A DNA stretch of 64,000 bases from an uncultured Actinomycetota bacterium (lineage in GTDB: Bacteria > Actinomycetota > Actinomycetes > JAFAQI01). The notes under the pieces were generated by a model. It saw only the letters and a list, made by a program, of their open reading frames with translations. It did not search any database and had not been told where the DNA came from. Location of the stretch: positions 864,001 to 928,000 of the forward strand of contig CAVYQE010000001.1 in the NCBI GenBank assembly GCA_963770565.1. Reading direction: 5' to 3'. How positions within the stretch are numbered: the stretch's first letter is position 1; every line of letters begins with the position of its first letter. The translations under genes and the position numbers were made by a program. This document shows, in pieces, positions 9,545-20,263 of this stretch.

Positions 9545-10618
9545 GTGGTCGCGGCCCTGAATCGATCGGATCGCGTCATCATCACGGCGGCGGCTCTGCT
9601 GACCGTGGTCGCCGGCGTCCTGCACTTCGCGCACTCCAACCAGGTCGCGACCTTCATCGTGTCCGGGGTGGCCCTGGCCGCGTTGGCGGCGCTCGTCGGA
9701 CGCAGCGTCGAGCAGGTCGCCGACCGGCTCGGCGCCGGCGCGACCGGGGTCGTTCAAAGCGCACTTGGCAACCTGCCGGAGCTGTTCGTCTGCATCTTCG
9801 CCCTTCGCGCCGGCCTGCCGAACGTGGTCAGGGCGGCGATCATCGGCTCGATCCTCGGCAACATCCTGCTGGTGCTCGGGCTGGCCTTCATGGTCGGTGG
9901 GCTGCGCAACGGTCGGCAGAAGTTCGAGGGCGCCCGGGCCCGAACCGTGATCGCCCTGATGATCCTGGCCGTTGCCGCGATGCTCGTGCCGAGCCTCGCG
10001 TCCTATGTCCACTCGCGGGCCGCGACGCACGAACATGCACTGTCGGACATCGCTTCAGTGACACTGCTGGTGGTCTTCGCGCTGTCGTTGCCGGCCTCGC
10101 TGCGCCGCGGCGAGGGCGAAGCGGACCAGCCGGAGGCCGAGGCGCCGGACGAGGCCCTCTGGCCGATGCCGGTCGCGATCGTGAGTCTCGCGGTCACCGG
10201 CGTACTCGCAGCCGTGGTGTCGGACTGGTTCGTCGCCGCACTGACCCCCGCGCTGGGGACCCTGCACATTTCCCAGACCTTTGCCGGCCTGGTGATCGTC
10301 GCGATCGCCGGGAACGCGGTCGAGAACGTGGTCGGGATCCAGCTGGCGGCGCGCAACCGGCCGGACCACGCCCTGTCGGTCATCTTGAACTCGCCGCTCC
10401 AGATCGCGCTCGTGCTCGCGCCCCTGCTGGTACTGATCTCGCCGCTGCTCGGCGGCGCGACCCTGACCTTGGTGTTCCCGCCGCTTCTGGTGACGACGGT
10501 GGTGGCAAGCGTGCTGGCGGTCTGCTTCGTGATCATCGACGGCGAGTCCGACTGGCTCGAGGGGTCCGCTCTCATCGGGCTCTACGTCGTGGTCGCGGCG
10601 TCGTTCTGGTGGGGATGA
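9545..10618 (+). CDS. cax: Calcium/proton exchanger (CaCA family)
   Basis: About 10 TM; alpha repeats GNLPEL and GNAVEN; GSILGNILLVLG; DGESDWLEG. Confidence 0.88.
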   Translation: MVAALNRSDRVIITAAALLTVVAGVLHFAHSNQVATFIVSGVALAALAALVGRSVEQVADRLGAGATGVVQSALGNLPELFVCIFALRAGLPNVVRAAIIGSILGNILLVLGLAFMVGGLRNGRQKFEGARARTVIALMILAVAAMLVPSLASYVHSRAATHEHALSDIASVTLLVVFALSLPASLRRGEGEADQPEAEAPDEALWPMPVAIVSLAVTGVLAAVVSDWFVAALTPALGTLHISQTFAGLVIVAIAGNAVENVVGIQLAARNRPDHALSVILNSPLQIALVLAPLLVLISPLLGGATLTLVFPPLLVTTVVASVLAVCFVIIDGESDWLEGSALIGLYVVVAASFWWG

Positions 10619-10692
10619 GCGCGACCGGCGTCCTACGATGGATCGAGCCGCCCGCCTCCCGCGGCACCCGCTGATGACAGGAGATCCTCACC

Positions 10693-13581
<2,889 letters not shown>

Positions 13582-13589
13582 TCAGACCT

Positions 13590-14024
13590 CTAGGCGGCGG
13601 GCGCGACCGAGTCGGAGTTGCGGAAGAGGTAGATCCCGACCGTCTCGCCGCTCACCGCGGTGTTCTGCCCGGTGCCGAAGATCCGGTCGGCGCTGCTCTC
13701 CCCGGTGATCATGAAGATGTAGCCGACGTGCTCGAGTCGCCAGCCGATCGATTCGATCGCGGCAAGCGTGCCGGCGTGGGTGGCAGTGCGATTCTCGCCG
13801 CTGCCGGTCGGGTCCGGGTTGAAGATCGAGCTGACCCGTTGTGACGAGCCGACCACGAGTTGGATCTCGAGGAATCCCTGGCGTTGTTGTTTGGCCGTGG
13901 TCGCCATGCCTTCGGGGCTGACAAGGAACGCGGCCTGTGCCTGCTGTTGCCGAAGCTGGGCCGCCTGCTGCTCCTGGGCGGCCTGCTCGGCCGCCTTCTC
14001 TTCTGCTGACTTACCGAACGCCAT
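13590..14024 (-). CDS. Hypothetical protein (Q/A-rich N-terminus)
   Basis: RBS GGAG, plausible coding composition; LAAIESIGWRLEHVGYIF; no family recognised. Confidence 0.6.
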   Translation of the reverse strand: MAFGKSAEEKAAEQAAQEQQAAQLRQQQAQAAFLVSPEGMATTAKQQRQGFLEIQLVVGSSQRVSSIFNPDPTGSGENRTATHAGTLAAIESIGWRLEHVGYIFMITGESSADRIFGTGQNTAVSGETVGIYLFRNSDSVAPAA

Positions 14025-14064
14025 GCTCGACTCCGTCCTGTGTGGCGCTACCGGGAGATTGCCG

Positions 14065-14904
14065 TCACAGTGTCACGGCGAAGTAGTCCTCGGTCGCCTG
14101 CGGTTCGAAGCCGGCAGACAGGTAGAGACCCAGTGCGCGGTCGTTGTCGGCGGCCACCTCGAGGGTGACCCGCTCGGCGCCCGCGGCCCGCAACCGACGG
14201 CAGGCCCGGATGAGCACGTCGCGACCGATGCCCTTGCCCTGGAGGCTCGGCTCGACCGCCAACCCGTAGATCCCCGCGGTCGCGCCGTCGCGGGTGAGCC
14301 GGACCGTCCCGACGACGGCCCCACCGCGCTCGGCGACCAGGGTTCGCTCCTCCGGTCGGTCTGCGATCTGAACGTCGGACCGGTCCTCGCCGAACGCGGC
14401 CGCCAGGATCCGCACGACCTCGTCGCGATCGGCGGGCGTGGCGTCGCGCAGGTTCATGGTCGGATGGAGCGGCCCTTCGGTCGGCGTCGTACCGAGCGAG
14501 AGGTGATGTTCCGAATGCTCGAGCGCGGCGCCGACCGCGTCGGCAAACCCCCGGCCGGCCGGGGTCGAGCGGGGCGTGACCAGCAACGCCTGGGCAAAGC
14601 CGCGATCGCGCCCCAATGGCTTCGCCGCGTTCAGCAGCGCGGTGCCGATTCCCTGTCGGCGCACCGCCGGGTCGACCATGCCGGCCAGCTCGAGGTCGGC
14701 GGACCCGAAGCTGTACAACCCGAGGAAGCCGAGTAGTCGATCGCCGTCGCGCCACAGCAGGTCGTCGACCCGCTCGCCCGACCGCTCGCGAAGCGCCGTC
14801 CACTCGAGCTTGAGCCGGCCGCCGTCGTGGGCGAGCACTCGACGCTCGAGGTCGGCGATCGCGGCGAGGTCGGCGTCGGACAGACCTCGCAGTTCGCTCA
14901 ACAC
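14065..14904 (-). CDS. Tandem GNAT acetyltransferase
   Basis: Two acetyl-CoA motifs VDPAVRRQGIG and VEPSLQGKGIG; NDRALGLYLSAGF. Confidence 0.88.
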   Translation of the reverse strand: MLSELRGLSDADLAAIADLERRVLAHDGGRLKLEWTALRERSGERVDDLLWRDGDRLLGFLGLYSFGSADLELAGMVDPAVRRQGIGTALLNAAKPLGRDRGFAQALLVTPRSTPAGRGFADAVGAALEHSEHHLSLGTTPTEGPLHPTMNLRDATPADRDEVVRILAAAFGEDRSDVQIADRPEERTLVAERGGAVVGTVRLTRDGATAGIYGLAVEPSLQGKGIGRDVLIRACRRLRAAGAERVTLEVAADNDRALGLYLSAGFEPQATEDYFAVTL

Positions 14905-14947
14905 GCCTTGAAACTAGACCGCCTGTCGCCTGGTTTTCCCGAGCGGC

Positions 14948-15355
14948 TTAGCCGAGGTGGATCGCCGTACACCGCCATCGGCCGTCGATGCCTTCCAGCC
15001 GCAGTGCGAGGGCCCGAACCCGGGTGCCGGTCCTGATCACGGCCGAGGCCTCGACCACCCCGTCGACGGGCTCGCAGATCCGGACCGTGGTCACCACGGG
15101 GAGCTGGACCGGCGCGCCTTGACTTGCGCCGAGTCGCCCCGCACCGCGGGCCAGGAACCGCAGCACGTCGAGGCTGGCGAGCCCCGCGAGCTGTCCGGCC
15201 GGGCGCGCACCGGCCAGCACCTCGACGATGACCTGGGCGAGCCGCTCGGTCGGTTGGCGCGGGTCGGGCAGCAGGTGCCGGCGCGTGCGCGGCGAGCCCG
15301 CGCTGATCCGGTGGGCAGGCGAACTGCGGCGCATCGGCGGCGCTGGCTGTCTCAT
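14948..15355 (-). CDS. Rv3235-family protein, copy 1 (short; start uncertain)
   Basis: IVEVLAGARPAGQL...EASAVIRTGTRVRALALRLEGIDGRWRCTAI. Confidence 0.75.
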   Translation of the reverse strand: MRQPAPPMRRSSPAHRISAGSPRTRRHLLPDPRQPTERLAQVIVEVLAGARPAGQLAGLASLDVLRFLARGAGRLGASQGAPVQLPVVTTVRICEPVDGVVEASAVIRTGTRVRALALRLEGIDGRWRCTAIHLG

Positions 15356-15629
15356 CGGGATGCAGCGGGCCGAGCAGATGCCCGATCCCGAACAGGGCAG
15401 CCGGACAGTCGACGCACTTTCCCCCCTTTGCGCACCTCCTCAGTCTAATGCAGTAATCGACACTCAATCGCCAAAGGCGCAGAAACTGTACGAACGCGAT
15501 GAAAGCGCCGGGGTGTTCGTTGCTTGCGAGGGTGGATAAAGTGCTCGCCGGAAGGCTCGCGGCGGGCGGATCGAGTCCAGTAGCGGAGGGGTTGACGATG
15601 GTGGCAACCAGGCCGGATCGGAATCGGCC

Positions 15630-17180
15630 ATGACGCAGACTGCGGCCGCTGGCCGTTACGGATCGCGCAACGTCGTTCTTGCCGCGATGATCTTCGCCGT
15701 TGCGATGACGTTCATCGATCAGACCATCGTGTCGATCGCCGTACCCAACATCCAGAAGGAGCTCGGCCTCACCAGCACCGGGGTGCAGTGGGCGGTCAAC
15801 TCCTACCTGCTAGCGCTGGCTGCCTTCTTCGCCTTCGGTGGCCGGCTCGCCGACACCGTCGGTCACCGGCGCATGGTGGTGCTCGGTGTGGTGGTCTTCA
15901 CCGTCGCATCGGCGTTCTGCGGGCTCACCCCGAAGGGCAGCGTCGCCGAGGCGTGGATCGTGATCTTCCGTGCCCTGCAAGGGGTCGGTGGCGCGATCAT
16001 GTTCCCCGCCGCGTTGGCGATAGTCGTCCAGGTCTTTCCGCTGCACGAGCGGGGTCGTGCCTTGGCCTTGTTCTTCGGCATCGCCGGCGGGCTGACCGCG
16101 GTCGGCCCGATCCTCGGTGGCTACCTCACCGAGTGGACCTGGCGGGCGATCTTCTGGGTCAACATCCCGGTGGCGCTGATCGCGCTCACCCTGATCGCGC
16201 TGTCCAAGCCGGTGACCGAGTTTCGCGCCGCACGGATGGACTACCGCGGCTTGGTCCTGGTCGCGGCCGGCGTGGGGTTGAGCGTCTTCGGGTTCCAGCA
16301 GTCGACGATCTGGGGCTGGCACAACCCGGGGATCGGCATCGCGATCGCCGCCGGCCTGCTGCTGCTGGTGGTGTTCTATCGGGTCGAGCGGCGCACCGAG
16401 GCACCGCTGATCCAAGTGAGCATTTTCCGGATCCGGCCGTTCCTGGTGGAGAACCTGGTTCTCGGCGTCGCGATGCTCACCTTCGTACCGGCATTCTTCT
16501 TCGCCAGCGAGTACGCCCAGATCTCTCTCGGCAAGAATGCGTCCGGCGCGAGCCTGGTCCTGCTCTATTTCTTCCTCGGCTTCGTTGTGGCTGCGCAGCT
16601 CGGCGGCCGGATGCTCGACCGGGTCGGTGCGAAGCGGCCGGTCGTCATCGGCTGCGCGCTCGCCGCGGTCGGATTCGCCCTGTGGTCGGGCCGGGTCACC
16701 GATCTCGACCTCGGCAAGCAGATCTGGGCGATCGTGCTCTCGGGCGCGGGCATGGGCATGATGCTCGGCCCGTCGAGCACCGACGCGGTCAACCGGGCGT
16801 CGTCGCTGTCGTACGGCGAGGCGACCGGCATCACGCAGACCGTTCGGAACTACGCCTCCAGCCTCGGGCTGGCCGTGCTGGGCACGATCCTGGTCTCGCG
16901 GATGAAGTCGCACGTGCTCGCGACCTTGCTCGCCCAGGGCGTGCCCCACCAAGCGGCCGTTCGCCAGGCGGCCGCGATCTCGCAGTCGCAGGGGAGCTCC
17001 GCCGGAGGCAACTCGACAATTCCGCACTTCGTCCGGCTCGACTTCGCCGATGCGACCCACGTCGTACTCGAGGTGATGGCCGCGATCATGGCGGTGGCGG
17101 CAGTGGTTGCGTTCCTCGGGTTGCGTCGGGGCGTGCAGGAGGAAGTCGCCGCCAGGGAGCCGGCCAGCGTCAGTAGCTAG
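15630..17180 (+). CDS. MFS transporter, DHA2/EmrB-like (14 TM)
   Basis: IDQTIVSIAVPNIQKEL, GGRLADTVGHRR, WRAIFWVNIPV. Confidence 0.9.
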   Translation: MTQTAAAGRYGSRNVVLAAMIFAVAMTFIDQTIVSIAVPNIQKELGLTSTGVQWAVNSYLLALAAFFAFGGRLADTVGHRRMVVLGVVVFTVASAFCGLTPKGSVAEAWIVIFRALQGVGGAIMFPAALAIVVQVFPLHERGRALALFFGIAGGLTAVGPILGGYLTEWTWRAIFWVNIPVALIALTLIALSKPVTEFRAARMDYRGLVLVAAGVGLSVFGFQQSTIWGWHNPGIGIAIAAGLLLLVVFYRVERRTEAPLIQVSIFRIRPFLVENLVLGVAMLTFVPAFFFASEYAQISLGKNASGASLVLLYFFLGFVVAAQLGGRMLDRVGAKRPVVIGCALAAVGFALWSGRVTDLDLGKQIWAIVLSGAGMGMMLGPSSTDAVNRASSLSYGEATGITQTVRNYASSLGLAVLGTILVSRMKSHVLATLLAQGVPHQAAVRQAAAISQSQGSSAGGNSTIPHFVRLDFADATHVVLEVMAAIMAVAAVVAFLGLRRGVQEEVAAREPASVSS

Positions 17181-17190
17181 TGCGCCGTCG

Positions 17191-17745
17191 CTAGCCGATC
17201 TGCACGGCAGTGCAACGCCACCGACCGTTCACGCCTTCGAGTCGAAGCGCGAGGGCGCGCTTTCGCGGACCGGTGTCGACGACCACGCTGGCTTCGGCCA
17301 CGCCCGAGCGCGGCTGGCTGACATGCACCGAGCCAACGATCGGGCGTTGGGCCGGCTGGCCGGGGCGCGCACCGAGCCGGCCGGAACCGCGCTCGAGCAG
17401 CTGCAGGACATCAAGCGTGGCGACCCGGGAGAGCTGACTGGCCGGTCGCGCACCGGCCAGCACCTCGACGATCGCCTGCGCGAGCCGGGCGGTCCACGGT
17501 CTCGGGTCCGGCAGCGGCTCGGGGCCGGCCGGGCTGTGGAGGTCGGCGAGCTCGCCAGCCGGCGGGACCAGCCGCAGCGGCAGGCTCACCCGGGTCGGCG
17601 GCGGAAAGGCGAGCGCAAGACTGCCGGTCATGATCTCGGGCGCGCGGTCCGGGTGCTCGTCGTCGTAAGGCCCGTCGAACTGCGGGACCGGCCGGCGGCG
17701 GAACGGATGAACCTGCCCGGCCGCGGTGTTCTCGGCCGCGATCAT
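17191..17745 (-). CDS. Rv3235-family protein, copy 2 (full length)
   Basis: GPYDDE N-terminal motif; IVEVLAGARPASQL...RALALRLEGVNGRWRCTAV; ATGA overlap with the LysM gene. Confidence 0.85.
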   Translation of the reverse strand: MIAAENTAAGQVHPFRRRPVPQFDGPYDDEHPDRAPEIMTGSLALAFPPPTRVSLPLRLVPPAGELADLHSPAGPEPLPDPRPWTARLAQAIVEVLAGARPASQLSRVATLDVLQLLERGSGRLGARPGQPAQRPIVGSVHVSQPRSGVAEASVVVDTGPRKRALALRLEGVNGRWRCTAVQIG

Positions 17746-18476
17746 CGCGCGCCGCCGGCGTGCGCTGCGGTTGCGTGACCGGCCGGTGGATGCAGCTGTT
17801 CACCGGGATAGATCAGGTTCGGATCGTCACCGATCACCGACCGGTTCGCGGCGTACCACTCATGCCATGCGATCGAGGTGCTGCGCGCTGAGGCGCTCGA
17901 CTCGAGTCGCCCGGCCGCAATCGACCACAGGCTGTCGCCGGGTCGTACGACGACGTCGACCGGCGGCGAGGCGGGCCGGATCGGTCGGCTCGCCGTCGGG
18001 TGGGTGGGGGCGGCCTCGACTCCGGCGGCGGGCGAGGGCGTCAGGCCGGGCCAGTCGAGTGCGCCGGTGGTCGTGGGCCGGTCGATGCGCGAGGTGGCCG
18101 CGCCGTGATGGGTCACTGCTCCTGCGGGGGCGGCAGCGACGAGGCCGACCACCGTGGTGGCGAGGCCGACCGTGATCGCCCGGTCGACCAGGTACCGAAG
18201 CCGCCCCGGTGTGAGCGGGACCAGCCATCGACCGCACCCGCCGAGTGGCGCGATCAAGTGCATCGCCGCGACTGACGCGACCGCGACGGTGAGATAGCTG
18301 ACCAGCGCCCAGGCGAGCCAGGCGCATCCCGCAACGACGGCGGCGTCGGGCGGGCCGGAGCGGCTCGGCAAGGCCGGCCGCAGCCGCCAGGTCGCCGCTG
18401 CCGCCGCGAGCGACAGAACGGTCAAGGCGGTGGCTCGGAGGATGCGTCGGGCCGCGACGCTTCCGGTTGTGGACAT
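17742..18476 (-). CDS. Membrane protein with C-terminal LysM domain
   Basis: 2-3 TM helices, Pro/Thr linker, VVVRPGDSLWSIAA...WYAANRSVIGDDPNLIYPGEQL; start moved to ATG 18476 after GGGGGGAAA. Confidence 0.85.
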   Translation of the reverse strand: MSTTGSVAARRILRATALTVLSLAAAAATWRLRPALPSRSGPPDAAVVAGCAWLAWALVSYLTVAVASVAAMHLIAPLGGCGRWLVPLTPGRLRYLVDRAITVGLATTVVGLVAAAPAGAVTHHGAATSRIDRPTTTGALDWPGLTPSPAAGVEAAPTHPTASRPIRPASPPVDVVVRPGDSLWSIAAGRLESSASARSTSIAWHEWYAANRSVIGDDPNLIYPGEQLHPPAGHATAAHAGGAR

Positions 18477-18583
18477 GGATGTTTCCCCCCGTTTGGTTGT
18501 GACAGCGAATGGTAGCGAGCTTTTACTTGCTGTCAATCTCGTTCGTTTACTTGTGTTTGCGTGGACGTGCCAGACTGCTCGCC

Positions 18584-19138
18584 GTGCGGTGGGAGCAGCT
18601 GTTCGACGACCTCGAGGGTCAGGCCGTGGCGAGCGAGCAGGCGGACTTGGACGCCGAGGTTGCAGATCGCACCCGGATCGAGGTGGCCCGGCTCGGCTTC
18701 GGCGACCGGCTTCGCGCTGCGATCGGCAGCCGGATCGAGCTCAGCCTCGGCGCGGCCGGGACAATCAGCGGGGAGTTGAGCCGGACCGGCCCGGGCTGGC
18801 TGCTCCTCACCGGCGATCGGGGCGCGCAGGTCGTCGTGACCGAGGATGCGGTCGGCGCGGCCGACGGGCTGCCGTCATTGACCGATGCACCGGGCTCGGG
18901 CGGCGCGGTCGAATCCCGGCTCGACCTCGGGTTCGTGCTGCGGTCGATCGCGCGCGACCGGGTGCCGGTCCGGGTGGTGCTTCGCGACGGATCGAGTCGG
19001 GTCGGCACGATCGACCGGGTCGGTGCCGACTTCATCGACCTCGCCGAGCACCCGGCCGACGAGCCCCGCAGACCAGCTGAGGTCGCGCGCCGATCGGCGA
19101 TCCGGCTCGCGGCGATTGCGATGGTGCGGTCGGGCTGA
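18584..19138 (+). CDS. Conserved hypothetical protein with two putative Sm/Hfq-like repeats
   Basis: Start moved to GTG 18584 (MRWEQLFDDLEGQ), 7 nt after CAGACT; two similar beta-rich halves. Confidence 0.75.
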   Translation: MRWEQLFDDLEGQAVASEQADLDAEVADRTRIEVARLGFGDRLRAAIGSRIELSLGAAGTISGELSRTGPGWLLLTGDRGAQVVVTEDAVGAADGLPSLTDAPGSGGAVESRLDLGFVLRSIARDRVPVRVVLRDGSSRVGTIDRVGADFIDLAEHPADEPRRPAEVARRSAIRLAAIAMVRSG

Positions 19139-19158
19139 TCGGCCAGATCGGTGCGGCG

Positions 19159-19404
19159 CTAGTCGACCGCCTCCGCCGAAGTCTCGTCGCGTCCGAACGG
19201 GTGGCTGGCTACGAACTCGCGGGTCTCGTCATGCGCGCGCTTGATGTACGCCTCGAGCGCGTCGCGGTCGACCCGCCATTGACCGCGACCGCCGATCTTC
19301 ATGGCCTCGAGCTCACCGTTTCGCACCAGCGCGTAGGCCTGCGCGGCGGAGATGTTCAAGATCTCGGCCACATCGGACAGTCGAAGGAACCGCGGCGCCG
19401 CCAT
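19159..19404 (-). CDS. Small MerR/excisionase-type (HTH_17) DNA-binding protein
   Basis: MAAPRFLRLSDVAEILNISAAQAYALVRNGELEAMKIGGRGQWRV. Confidence 0.85.
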   Translation of the reverse strand: MAAPRFLRLSDVAEILNISAAQAYALVRNGELEAMKIGGRGQWRVDRDALEAYIKRAHDETREFVASHPFGRDETSAEAVD

Positions 19405-19445
19405 AGCCGCAAGTCTGACATCTCGCACCACCGGTCCCCGGCAGC

Positions 19446-19489
19446 CTGTGGACAACGCTGCGCTCGGAGGCTGGGGATTGGGGCAGCAT
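19446..19489 (+). promoter_or_regulatory. CTGTGGACAAC motif (contains DnaA-box TTGTCCACA on minus strand) plus -10-like CAGCAT
   Basis: Motif 19446-19456, 27-nt spacer, CAGCAT 19484-19489; divergent HTH/SAF intergenic region. Confidence 0.5.
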
Positions 19490-19549
19490 GGGCCGCTCGT
19501 GGCCACCGGCGACTCGTCCCAGGCCGCCGATCGCGAGGGGGAGACGCGG

Positions 19550-20263
19550 GTGTCCGACGGCGCACGCCGTGCCAGCCGGCTCGAGCTGCCACGCTGGCTT
19601 GACGTCCGGATGATGCTGGGCGCGGCCCTGGTCCTGACCTCGGTCGTCGTCGGCGCCCGGGTGCTTGCCTCGGCCGACCACTTCTCCGAGGTGTACGTCG
19701 CCCGCCACTCGCTCGTGCCGGGCGAACATCTCGCTGCGGCTGACCTGCGGATCGGGCAGGTCCGGTTCGACGGTCAAGGCGCGTCGTACGTCGCCGCTGC
19801 CGGCCCCGCGCCGGTGGGCTACGTCGTCACCCGCTATGTCGCCTCGGGCGAGCTGCTGCCGCTGACCGCGCTCGAGCCGGTCGGATCGGCCATTGCGGTC
19901 AGCCGCGACGTGACCGTGCCGGTCGCGCCGGGTCACCTCCCCGACAGTCTGGGGCACGGCGACCTGGTCGACGTCTACGTCACCCCGAAGGTGGCGGTCG
20001 GCGCGCGGGTGCCGCAGCCGACCCGGGTGCTTGCCGCGGTCGCGGTGGACTCGGAGGGCGGTGGCGCCGAGTCGCTGGCTGCCGGCTCGACCGTCGCGGT
20101 CGAGCTGGTCGTGCCCGCCGCGGCGGTGGCGACCATGGTCCACGCCGTGGAGGCCGGAACGATCGATCTGGTTCGGGTGCCGGCGTCGTCCGCGGCGACC
20201 CTGCCTCAGCCCTCGAGCCCGGTGCGGTCTTCCAGTCCGGCGGCGGGCTCGGAGACGCCATGA
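19550..20263 (+). CDS. SAF-domain / CpaB(RcpC)-like protein
   Basis: RBS GAGGGGGAG; WLDVRMMLGAALVLTSVVVGARV TM; VYVARHSLVPGEHL SAF; GDLVDVYVTP RcpC-like; alternative start 19499. Confidence 0.75.
   Translation: MSDGARRASRLELPRWLDVRMMLGAALVLTSVVVGARVLASADHFSEVYVARHSLVPGEHLAAADLRIGQVRFDGQGASYVAAAGPAPVGYVVTRYVASGELLPLTALEPVGSAIAVSRDVTVPVAPGHLPDSLGHGDLVDVYVTPKVAVGARVPQPTRVLAAVAVDSEGGGAESLAAGSTVAVELVVPAAAVATMVHAVEAGTIDLVRVPASSAATLPQPSSPVRSSSPAAGSETP

Noticed and set aside
19159-19404. Excisionase as evidence of a prophage or ICE
   Set aside because: No integrase, att repeats or phage genes nearby; context is chromosomal
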